Assembly (NCBI GenBank): GCA_045644145.1
Contig: JAZRGK010000005.1
Location: 20,451-84,450, forward strand
Source of the DNA: Candidatus Flemingiibacterium sp.
GTDB lineage: Bacteria; Bacillota; Clostridia; Oscillospirales; CAG-272
Direction of reading: 5' to 3'
Length of the DNA stretch: 64,000 nt
This document shows positions 8,194 through 15,808 of the stretch, one piece after another. The stretch's first letter is position 1; each line of letters opens with the position of its first letter. The notes under the pieces were generated by a model. It did no database searches, was not told where the DNA came from, and saw only the letters and a program-made list of their open reading frames with translations. Both the position numbers and the translations under genes were made by a program.

Positions 8194-8227
8194 TTTGCAA
8201 TAAATCTTATGAAAGGAGGATTCTGAA

Positions 8228-8392
8228 TTGAATGAATCCGACAACATTTATGCACCGCCGTACGAGATCATCGACGGATGCCTGTATTACAGAAAGATCT
8301 CAAAGCAGGGCGAACAGTATCTCCGCCTCTGCAACTTCGCGCCGCGCATCGGCTCGGAGATTGCTCTTACCAAAATATTCAACCGGAGGTGA
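8228..8392 (+). pseudogene. Short ORF that looks like the N-terminal stub of a larger element protein (possibly primase/replication-type)
   Basis: AAAGGAGGA lies 7 nt before a TTG at 8228. The translation LNESDNIYAPPYEIIDGCLYYRKISKQGEQYLRLCNFAPRIGSEIALTKIFNRR* stops abruptly. Downstream sequence stays partly open in another frame (FLLKQGKQRVWVPAEKSGVPSQSMIG). The family assignment is only an impression. Confidence 0.3.
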
Positions 8393-8543
8393 TTACAGTG
8401 ATTCTCACGGCATAAATTCCTGCTGAAGCAGGGCAAGCAGAGGGTTTGGGTACCCGCCGAAAAATCTGGCGTGCCATCCCAATCCATGATCGGGGCAGAA
8501 GCCCCAAACCCCACTATAAAACAAAGAAACGAGGTACAGAACA

Positions 8544-8933
8544 ATAGCAGACAACAATACGAATTCAAACGAATCCCATCGCGAACGCGACAAGAAAATT
8601 TCCTTCTGGGCAAGCGAAACTGAACGACGGAAGATCAAAAAGATCATCGCAAAGTCGGGACTGTCCCAGCGCGAGTATCTTCTCGGTGCGGCACTCGGGC
8701 GGACGATCTATCAGGTGAACGAGCTGAAGCCTGTGCTCGCCGAGCTGAAAGCCATCGGCAGAAATCTCAATCAGCTCACGGTGCTGTCGCATCAAGGAAA
8801 GATCACGACCGTGAATCTAACCGAAGCGGTGTGCACATTGCAGAAAATCTATGCCGCGATCAACGTGCTCCACGATGTGTGCGACGGTGTAATTGCAAGA
8901 GGAAGCGAGGTGGATGACGATGGCGACCTGTAA
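8544..8933 (+). CDS. mobC: MobC-family relaxosome accessory protein (start codon uncertain)
   Basis: The frame is open from 8520. The translation reads ...RERDKKISFWASETERRKIKKIIAKSGLSQREYLLGAALGRTIYQVNELKPVLAELKAIGRNLNQLTVLSH..., which is RHH-like followed by the xxGxNLNQ motif of PF05713. The first canonical start is the GTG at 8715, which would delete the RHH part. GAGG sits 9 nt before an ATA at 8544. Confidence 0.6.
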   Translation: MADNNTNSNESHRERDKKISFWASETERRKIKKIIAKSGLSQREYLLGAALGRTIYQVNELKPVLAELKAIGRNLNQLTVLSHQGKITTVNLTEAVCTLQKIYAAINVLHDVCDGVIARGSEVDDDGDL

Positions 8934-10716
8934 TTATATCCCGGCGAAGAAGCAGACTCGCGGCGCGATGCAGGCAGTCATCCGCTATGTTTCGCAGGAC
9001 ATGAAGACGCTTGATGAACTCGGGCAGCGCTATCTCACCGGCATCAACTGCATCGCTCCTGCCGCGTATGATGAGTTCATGGCAACCAAAAATCTCTACG
9101 GCAAGCGCGATGGCGTGATGTATTATCACTACACGCAGTCATTCGCGCCGGGTGAGATCAAGGATTATGACACAGCGCACGAGATCGGTATGAAGCTTGC
9201 AAAAGAAATGTTCCCCGGCTTTGAGGTGTTGGTGGCAACGCATCTTGATGCTTACGATGACGATTGCCGTCAGCGTGTGCACAACCATTTCGTCATTAAC
9301 AGCGTAAGCATCGATACCGGACTGAAGCTTGATATGGGTCCGCGCACGCTTGAAAAGATGCGCAAGATCAGCGACCGCCTCTGCGATGAGCATGGACTGT
9401 CGGTGTTGCCACAGTACGAACAGCACTTTGATACCAAAGGTTTAGGTCCAAGAGAATACCGTGCGGCCCTTCGCGGCGACGCGTGGAAGTTCCGCACAAT
9501 CTATGATATCGAGGAATCCATGAAGCGTGCGGCATCCAAAGCAGAGTTCCTATCGCTGATGACGTCGCGAGGCTACTCGGTAAGATGGGAAGACAACCGA
9601 AAGTATATTACTTACACCTGCCCAAACGGCATGAAGGTGAGGGACAACAAATTACACGAAGTGAAATTTCGAAAGGAGAATATGGAATATGAATTTGCAA
9701 TCAGACAACAAATCTTTGAACACAGCACTGCAGAAGCTCAAGCAAACAACGGCGGAAACGGTACAGACGGTGACCGAAACACCGTATCAGCCTATCGTAT
9801 ACGCGATCCCGAAGGAGGATTGGAAAGCTTTTCTGGAATACATGAAGGCGACATCAGGCTTCCATCCTACGCTTTTCTCGAAGTTCCGGAATCTGGAGGA
9901 GTGCATCCTTACAAAGGAGGACTGGAACACGCTGATACACTCCCTCAACGGATGGGCGAACGCTGTGGGGGAAGAAGTGGAGGAATCTGCGAAGAAAACC
10001 GAGGACCGGATGCAGAAAATCCTCACGGAGAGCCGCGAACTCTTGTCACAGGATGGGAAGACGCGCGAATCATTTTTCTTCGATCTTCGGCAGGAAGTGA
10101 ATGGGCAGATTGGGGAGATAGAGGATTTGCTCTCGAAGATGAAGAAATGGATTCTGTGGACACTGCTTACGAATGTGGGACTGACATCCGTGTTGAGTTT
10201 GGTGATCTGTCTTCTGATGAGGTGATGGGCTTCTTCGAGAACGAGGATAACTCGGATGACAATGACATCGACGAAGAATACCCCGACGCGCAAATCGAAT
10301 ATCTACTGGAAGCCGAGCATGATGGCAGCGCATACGCCGCATATCTGCTTGGCAGAATTTATATGAACGGCGAGGTTGTTCCAAAGGACATCCCCGAAGC
10401 GATACGGCATTTCGAGATCGCGTCGGCGCGTGGCAATTCATATGCAGACTACCGGCTGGGGCAGATCTATCTGTTCGAGTCGGATTTTTTTGACATAGAT
10501 GCCGCGCTCGATCATCTGAACCGCTCGGCACAGGCAGGAAACGAATTTGCCGCATTGGCACTTCAGCGGATGGCAGAGAATTCTTTCCTTGCCATCACAA
10601 CGAATGTGCTGGAGCTTGTAGGCGGTCTGTGCGATATTGAACCGCGCCGACCGATCAAGGACTGTACCACAATACCGCAGAAACGGGAGCGCAGAAAATG
10701 GGAACAGGGTATGTAA
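8920..10716 (+). CDS. Relaxase / mobilisation nuclease (MobA/VirD2-type, PF03432) with Sel1-like repeats near the C-terminus
   Basis: The ORF is listed as 8893..10716. I start it at the ATG at 8920 (MATCNYIPAKK), which has GAGGTGG 8 nt upstream. The histidine motif is ATHLDAYDDDCRQRVHNHFVINSVS. It is followed by a low-complexity G/E/D/R linker. Then come Sel1/TPR-like repeats (SAYAAYLLGRIYMNGEVVPKDIPEAIRHFEIASARGNSYADYRLGQIY). It overlaps the mobC stop by 14 nt. Confidence 0.85.
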   Translation: MATCNYIPAKKQTRGAMQAVIRYVSQDMKTLDELGQRYLTGINCIAPAAYDEFMATKNLYGKRDGVMYYHYTQSFAPGEIKDYDTAHEIGMKLAKEMFPGFEVLVATHLDAYDDDCRQRVHNHFVINSVSIDTGLKLDMGPRTLEKMRKISDRLCDEHGLSVLPQYEQHFDTKGLGPREYRAALRGDAWKFRTIYDIEESMKRAASKAEFLSLMTSRGYSVRWEDNRKYITYTCPNGMKVRDNKLHEVKFRKENMEYEFAIRQQIFEHSTAEAQANNGGNGTDGDRNTVSAYRIRDPEGGLESFSGIHEGDIRLPSYAFLEVPESGGVHPYKGGLEHADTLPQRMGERCGGRSGGICEENRGPDAENPHGEPRTLVTGWEDARIIFLRSSAGSEWADWGDRGFALEDEEMDSVDTAYECGTDIRVEFGDLSSDEVMGFFENEDNSDDNDIDEEYPDAQIEYLLEAEHDGSAYAAYLLGRIYMNGEVVPKDIPEAIRHFEIASARGNSYADYRLGQIYLFESDFFDIDAALDHLNRSAQAGNEFAALALQRMAENSFLAITTNVLELVGGLCDIEPRRPIKDCTTIPQKRERRKWEQGM

Positions 10717-10782
10717 ACAGAATAATCCTCCCGAAACAGGAGGAAAATAAAAACAGATATTATGAAAGAACGAGGTAAATGA

Positions 10783-10959
10783 ATGGATAAATACAAAAAC
10801 AGCGATAACAGAGAAAAGCGATTTGCCGAGCAGGCATGGCTCAACTATTTCAATCGCTTCCTCTTTGAAGAAGGCACGATTAGTGAAAAGGAGTACAAGC
10901 GAATGACCGAAAAGATTGCAGAACGCACTGTAAGGGCGGAACATCAGCAGATATTATGA
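10783..10959 (+). CDS. Small hypothetical protein (58 aa) downstream of the relaxase
   Basis: My own translation gives MDKYKNSDNREKRFAEQAWLNYFNRFLFEEGTISEKEYKRMTEKIAERTVRAEHQQIL*, with GAGG 7 nt upstream. It falls below the ORF-track length cutoff. Confidence 0.5.
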   Translation: MDKYKNSDNREKRFAEQAWLNYFNRFLFEEGTISEKEYKRMTEKIAERTVRAEHQQIL

Positions 10960-11040
10960 GTTTTTTGCATGACGGTGCGAAAACGTGTTTTCAACCAAAA
11001 CAAGGGTAAGCGCGAGGTAGGATAGCGCGATTACTTCTGC

Positions 11041-11086
11041 GTTAACGAGGGCAAAATGTAAAATTATCAAATTTACCCTCGTTAAC
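11041..11086. repeat. 46-nt inverted repeat abutting the ATPase promoter
   Basis: GTTAACGAGGGCAAA...(loop)...ATTTACCCTCGTTAAC. The outer 11 bp are perfect, and it lies immediately 5' of a TTGACA -35 box. Confidence 0.7.
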
Positions 11087-11115
11087 TTGACATTATCTAA
11101 AAAATATGATATAAT
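11087..11115 (+). promoter_or_regulatory. Consensus sigma-A promoter for the AAA+ ATPase gene
   Basis: TTGACA (11087..11092), a 17-nt spacer, then TATAAT (11110..11115). Confidence 0.7.
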
Positions 11116-11126
11116 ACTAACGAACA

Positions 11127-12374
11127 ATGAAAGGAGCGATGACGGTGAACAAAAAGATCTACACAAGAAAGTATTATATCGATAAAATCCGTGGCTTTTA
11201 TAATAGCGATCTCATTAAAGTCGTTACCGGTATCCGCCGCTGCGGTAAATCCTGCTTTTTGTTATCTGTTATGGAAGATCTGAAGGCACACGGCGTCAAA
11301 GAAAAAGACATCTTATATCTCAATCTCGATAAGCGCGGATATCGAAAGATCAAAACTCCCGATGCACTTGAGGAAGCAATAGAAGCTCTAATTACCGACG
11401 ACGATTTCAAGTATCTTTTTATCGATGAAGTTCAGAATGTTAATGGATTTGAGGAGGTTATAAACGGTTTTCGTGAGGACGGCAATTTTTCTATCTTTAT
11501 AACCGGTTCCAACTCCTATCTTCTCAGCGGTGAGCTTGCCACAAAGCTAACCGGACGATATATTGAAATCGAAATGTTTACTCTAAATTTCCGCGAATAT
11601 CTTGAAATGAAAGCCTTTTTCGGCAAGGAGATCAAAGCGAATAAGGTCGAGGAATTTAACGAATATATCCGCTTTGGCGGTTTCCCGAAAGTTCTTGAAT
11701 TTGACGATCCGAGCGATAAGGATACCTATATTTCAGAGGTCATTTCACAAATACTTGACAAGGATGTAGTAAAGCACAAGAAGATCCGAAACCGTTCGGT
11801 ATTTGATAAGGTAATGACTTACGTTATCAACAATTTCGGAGCTACAATGAGCCTTTCGAGTATAGCGGAATATTTTGATAAACAGGAGCATATCAGTATT
11901 CGCACAGAAACACTCAATAATTATTTGCAGATACTCGCAAATGCTAAGATTATATACAAATGTCCACGCTTTGACGTTAAATCCAAAAAATCTCTGCGTG
12001 GCGAGCAAAAATATTATCTTGCTGACCTTGGTATCTATTTTTCTCGCAACGTGGACGCTCGTATCAATTACGGACCTGTGCTTGAAAATATCGTATATAC
12101 CTATCTGTCTGCGAAAAATTACAAGATCAGCGTTGGACGCATCGGCAAATTAGAGTGCGATTTCATTACCCGTGTCAGCGATGAGTACAGATATATTCAA
12201 GTGGCGATGACGATCATGAGTTCCGATACCGAGGAACGTGAATACAAGCCCTTCACGATGATACGGGATAATTACCCCAAATATCTGCTCACTATCGACA
12301 CTTTGCTTCAAAAGCGCGACGGTGTGATACACAAAAATATTATTGAATTTATCTCGGCAGATGAAAGCCTGTAA
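11127..12374 (+). CDS. AAA+ ATPase with C-terminal DUF4143-type domain (COG1373 family)
   Basis: Walker A TGIRRCGKS, Walker B LFIDEVQ, then GSNSYLLSGELATKLTGRYIEIEMFTLNFREY. The true start may be the GTG at 11145, since AAGGAG at 11131..11136 lies 8 nt upstream of it. By eye it is much more AT-rich than its neighbours. Confidence 0.8.
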   Translation: MKGAMTVNKKIYTRKYYIDKIRGFYNSDLIKVVTGIRRCGKSCFLLSVMEDLKAHGVKEKDILYLNLDKRGYRKIKTPDALEEAIEALITDDDFKYLFIDEVQNVNGFEEVINGFREDGNFSIFITGSNSYLLSGELATKLTGRYIEIEMFTLNFREYLEMKAFFGKEIKANKVEEFNEYIRFGGFPKVLEFDDPSDKDTYISEVISQILDKDVVKHKKIRNRSVFDKVMTYVINNFGATMSLSSIAEYFDKQEHISIRTETLNNYLQILANAKIIYKCPRFDVKSKKSLRGEQKYYLADLGIYFSRNVDARINYGPVLENIVYTYLSAKNYKISVGRIGKLECDFITRVSDEYRYIQVAMTIMSSDTEEREYKPFTMIRDNYPKYLLTIDTLLQKRDGVIHKNIIEFISADESL

Positions 12375-12388
12375 CTTCAAAAATCAGC

Positions 12389-12420
12389 AAAAGGTGTAGG
12401 AAATTCCTATACCTTTTTTG
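12389..12420 (+). terminator. Rho-independent terminator after the ATPase gene
   Basis: aaaaggtgtagg aaatt cctatacctttt followed by a T-run. Confidence 0.7.
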
Positions 12421-12629
12421 CTTGCAAAATTGAATACTGCAGTACAAATCAGATCATGAAGGCTTTTTGCCATGCAGGGAAGGAGGAATCTTACCGCAAA
12501 GCACTTGCGATATATAAACACCAAAAAACATTTGACATATTGCGATTTTAGTATTGCAATATAGTGTTCTTTGTGATATAATAATTACAAACAGATAATG
12601 ATACAACGAACTTTACAAGGAGAAATACA

Positions 12630-14321
12630 ATGGATATACTTAACATCCGCGCACTGCTGCGGACAAAATCAATATACGAAATCCCACTTCGCGTGACGTT
12701 CTACGCCCGCGTATCCACGGACAGCGACGAGCAGTTAAACTCCCTCGACAACCAAATTTCATATTACGAAAATTTCATTAAAAGCAACACACTGTGGACT
12801 TTCGTCCCTGGCTACATTGATGAGGGACTTTCCGGCATCTCCACGAAGAAGCGTAGACATTTCAACGAGATGATTGCCGATGCAAAGGCGGGGATGTTTG
12901 ACCTCATCGTCACGAAGGAAATCTCCCGATTTGCCCGTAACACACTCGATTCACTGCAATACACACGCGAGCTGCTCGGCTTGGGAGTCGGAGTGTTCTT
13001 CCAAAACGATAACATTAACACCCTCGACGAGGATGCAGAGCTTCGCCTCACGATCATGTCCTCAATCGCCCAAGACGAGCTTCGCAAGCTGTCGTCCCGT
13101 GTAAAATTCGGACATCAGCAGGCAATTAAATCAAATGTAGTCCTCGGCAACAGCCGCATCTTTGGATACAAAAAAGATGACAAACGCCTTGTCATTGACG
13201 AAACACAAGCACCCATGGTGCGCGATCTGTTCCGACTGTACGCCACGGGTGAGTACAGCATGAAACAACTTGAAACGCTGTTCTACGAGCAAGGCTACCG
13301 CAACTACAACGGCAACAAGATCGCCCACACCACAATGTCGAACATCATATCCAACCCGAAATACAAGGGCTATTACGTCGGCAACAAGGTGAAGATCGTT
13401 GATATGTTCACCAAAAAACAAAAATTCCTGCCGCCCGAGGAATGGGTGATGTTCAAGGACGAAACTGGCGAAATCGTACCGGCAATCGTAACCGAGGAGG
13501 TGTGGGACAAGGCGAACGAAGTGCTTGCTCGCCGAAGCGAAGATGTAAAGAACCGTCAAGGCATCTGCAACCACGCAAATCTGCTCACGGGCAAGCTCTA
13601 CTGCACGCACTGCGGACAGCCCTACTACCGCCGCGAATCCAAGGACAAGAACGGCAATATCAACTCCAAATGGGTATGCTCCGGCAAGATCAACAACGGC
13701 GCGGATTCCTGCCCGTCCTTCCCGATCTACGAAGCAGAGATCAAGCCGATCCTCTACGATGTATTCAGCGAAACGAGAGTGGACGTAGAAGCGCTTCTTG
13801 CGGAATACACAGAAATGTTCAAATCCATGGAAGCCGATGACGAAACCGCAAAGCAGATCGCCGAGCAAAAGCGCATCATCGAGCTTGCCGAGCAAAAGAA
13901 AAACAAGCTCCTTGAGCTTGTTACAATCGGTTCTGTCACGGCGGCGAACTTCAAATCCATGACCGACGCCTGCGACCGAGAGATCGAGGAAGCCGGCGAA
14001 GCCATCGCCGAGCTTGAAAAGCAGATGTTCACGAAAGAGGAATACAAGCGGCACATCGCCGAGGTGAAAGCCCGTCTCGACGCAGCGGTGAGGGATGCGT
14101 CGACCGGAATGATCACGCCGGAATTTGTGGCGCAGTATATCGACAAAATCACGGTCACAATAACCGACGATGATACAGCGAACTTGAATATCAAGATCTT
14201 TACGGGCAAAAACACGGAGAAATGGCTTGAAAAGCTCGCAGAACACCACCGCGGTCGTACGGGTAACATTATGAAGAAGATGATCGAGAAGTACGAGAAC
14301 GATCTTAAGGCAGGCAAATAA
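12630..14321 (+). CDS. Large serine recombinase (TnpX/TndX-like: resolvase domain + recombinase domain + zinc ribbon + coiled coil)
   Basis: 563 aa. The segment RVTFYARVSTDSDEQLNSLDNQ carries the catalytic Ser motif. It is followed by LIVTKEISRFARNTLDSLQYTRELLGLGVGVFFQNDNINT. A zinc ribbon is present as CTHCGQPYYRR...WVCSG...CPS. The C-terminus is an E/K-rich coiled coil. AAGGAG RBS upstream. Confidence 0.9.
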   Translation: MDILNIRALLRTKSIYEIPLRVTFYARVSTDSDEQLNSLDNQISYYENFIKSNTLWTFVPGYIDEGLSGISTKKRRHFNEMIADAKAGMFDLIVTKEISRFARNTLDSLQYTRELLGLGVGVFFQNDNINTLDEDAELRLTIMSSIAQDELRKLSSRVKFGHQQAIKSNVVLGNSRIFGYKKDDKRLVIDETQAPMVRDLFRLYATGEYSMKQLETLFYEQGYRNYNGNKIAHTTMSNIISNPKYKGYYVGNKVKIVDMFTKKQKFLPPEEWVMFKDETGEIVPAIVTEEVWDKANEVLARRSEDVKNRQGICNHANLLTGKLYCTHCGQPYYRRESKDKNGNINSKWVCSGKINNGADSCPSFPIYEAEIKPILYDVFSETRVDVEALLAEYTEMFKSMEADDETAKQIAEQKRIIELAEQKKNKLLELVTIGSVTAANFKSMTDACDREIEEAGEAIAELEKQMFTKEEYKRHIAEVKARLDAAVRDASTGMITPEFVAQYIDKITVTITDDDTANLNIKIFTGKNTEKWLEKLAEHHRGRTGNIMKKMIEKYENDLKAGK

Positions 14322-14335
14322 GCTTTGACCCAATG

Positions 14336-14372
14336 TGTCGGGACTTTCCTTTGAGGAAAGCCCCGACATTTT
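14336..14372 (+). terminator. Rho-independent terminator after the recombinase gene
   Basis: tgtcgggactttcc tttga ggaaagccccgaca (14-bp stem with one mismatch) followed by TTTT. Confidence 0.75.
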
Positions 14373-14385
14373 CATGTATTATTCT

Positions 14386-15006
14386 TTAACTCGGAAGCTC
14401 TGCCTCTCCGTTTCCAATCTTCCAAAGATAGAAGCTTGCAATAGTGGCATATGGCGAATAGCGCTCGCGGTATTCTTCAAACTTTGCTTTTGTCAAATCA
14501 GCTTCGCCGTGAAGAAGCATGATTCCACGCTTAATTCCAAAATCCCCAAAGCTAAGTACATTTTTGCGTTCAAGGCAAAATATGAGTATCATCTCAGCAG
14601 TCCATATACCGATTCCCTTAAGCTTTGTAAGGCTTTTAATCACCTCATCGTCAGAGAGTTTACTAAGCCCCTTAAGATCAAGCTCACCATTCAGAATAGA
14701 TTTGGCAATTGCATATATATTTTCGGCCTTTCTTCCGCTTAAACCACATTCCCTGATACCGTCAACACCAATGCGCATCACATTTTCTTCGTTGATAATC
14801 CCAATTTTATCAGAAAACCGCCTTTTAACGGTTTCAAAGGCTTTATTCGATATTTGCTGGCTTAACACCGATAATACCATCTGTGAAAATACATCCGCAT
14901 CCGTTTCTCGTCGGATAAATCCAACCTTACCAATCACTGCCCCAAGCTTTTCGTCACACGCCTTAAGATAATCCATTTCAAGTTTACCGTAAGAAAAAAA
15001 CGCCAT
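14386..15006 (-). CDS. HhH-GPD superfamily DNA glycosylase (DNA-3-methyladenine glycosylase II, AlkA-like)
   Basis: LSQQISNKAFETVKRRF...LTKLKGIGIWTAEMILIFCLERKNVLSFGDFGIKRG shows the helix-hairpin-helix G-I-G motif and the catalytic Asp region. The start is set at MAFFSYG. Confidence 0.8.
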   Translation of the reverse strand: MAFFSYGKLEMDYLKACDEKLGAVIGKVGFIRRETDADVFSQMVLSVLSQQISNKAFETVKRRFSDKIGIINEENVMRIGVDGIRECGLSGRKAENIYAIAKSILNGELDLKGLSKLSDDEVIKSLTKLKGIGIWTAEMILIFCLERKNVLSFGDFGIKRGIMLLHGEADLTKAKFEEYRERYSPYATIASFYLWKIGNGEAELPS

Positions 15007-15113
15007 TTGTCCCCCCACAATGTCCTATATATTTTCCTTTAAAACATTATAGCACATCCCCGACAAAATTTCCACCGTTTTATAAACAATATGTAAATTT
15101 GCTCTAAACCCTG

Positions 15114-15142
15114 TTGACAATCACCTGACCGCATGATATAAT
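15114..15142 (+). promoter_or_regulatory. Consensus sigma-A promoter
   Basis: TTGACA (15114..15119), a 17-nt spacer, then TATAAT (15137..15142). Confidence 0.65.
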
Positions 15143-15186
15143 CTTAGTACACACCAAAAAATCCGAGAAGGGAGGCAGGTGTTGCA

Positions 15187-15774
15187 ATGAAACTAGAGAT
15201 ACAGAGCACTTTTATTCCGGGAACTACAATGGACAAGGAAAAAATGGGAAACGTAACCGGTATGGAATTTCTTAACAAGATTTTTTATATCACCAACGGC
15301 ATTATGCTCGCTCAAATACGGGAGATATGCAGTATCGACGGTTCCACACTGCAAAATTGGACTAAACGCGGTTGGGTAGCAAATTCCAGAAGCAAAAGAT
15401 ACGATAAAAATCAGCTTGCGCGCATACTTATAATAAACATGATGCGCGATTCCATGCAGCTTGACCATATAACAAAAATATTAGCCTATGTAAACGGAAG
15501 CCTTTCGGATGAAAGTGACGATATTATCCCCGAATCGGAGCTTTACGATTATCTTTGCCGCATCATCGACAAACTTGTTGACGAGGATATGCCGTCAGAA
15601 GCCGACAGCATTGCCGAACTTATCAGACGCGTGCTCTCATCTTATGAAGAGCCGACGGCAGGCGCATTTAAACGCCTTGAGAGGGCTTGCGGAATTATTA
15701 TAATGTCTTATTATGCGGCACTAATCAGACAAAAAGCCAACAGTATGTTCAGCGATTATATTCTTCGTTTGTAA
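15187..15774 (+). CDS. DUF1836-like (MerR-like HTH) protein
   Basis: STLQNWTKRGWVANSRSKRYDKNQLARILIINMMRDSMQLDHI matches the pattern I recall for DUF1836 proteins in Firmicutes. The start could instead be 15229. Confidence 0.55.
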   Translation: MKLEIQSTFIPGTTMDKEKMGNVTGMEFLNKIFYITNGIMLAQIREICSIDGSTLQNWTKRGWVANSRSKRYDKNQLARILIINMMRDSMQLDHITKILAYVNGSLSDESDDIIPESELYDYLCRIIDKLVDEDMPSEADSIAELIRRVLSSYEEPTAGAFKRLERACGIIIMSYYAALIRQKANSMFSDYILRL

Positions 15775-15808
15775 ATCACTGATTTTTTAGAAAAGGAGTG
15801 CTTTAATT

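Larger units (their letters stand above)
3394..14372. mobile_element. Integrated mobilizable island (serine recombinase + MobC/relaxase backbone); minimal extent shown, true ends not determined
   Basis: It combines a recombinase at one edge, a relaxosome pair, a TA remnant and cargo genes. It is flanked by an EPS operon promoter on the left (3039..3067) and by a convergent housekeeping-type glycosylase gene on the right (14386). By eye, 3.4-10.7 kb is more GC-rich than the flanks. Confidence 0.55.

Noticed and set aside
9787-10944. Three overlapping minus-strand ORFs (163-168 aa) across the relaxase 3' half and downstream
   Set aside because: They are antisense to the relaxase and to the 58-aa gene, and their products are Cys/Arg/Ser/Phe-rich nonsense. 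They show that this purine-rich stretch is poor in stop codons. I cite the same point as a caveat for the nested +1 ORF.
13131-14375. 414-aa ORF on the minus strand
   Set aside because: It is entirely antisense to the serine recombinase gene, whose translation has unmistakable catalytic and zinc-ribbon motifs. The antisense product is low-complexity (R/V/F/L-rich) and has no RBS. It is a shadow ORF.
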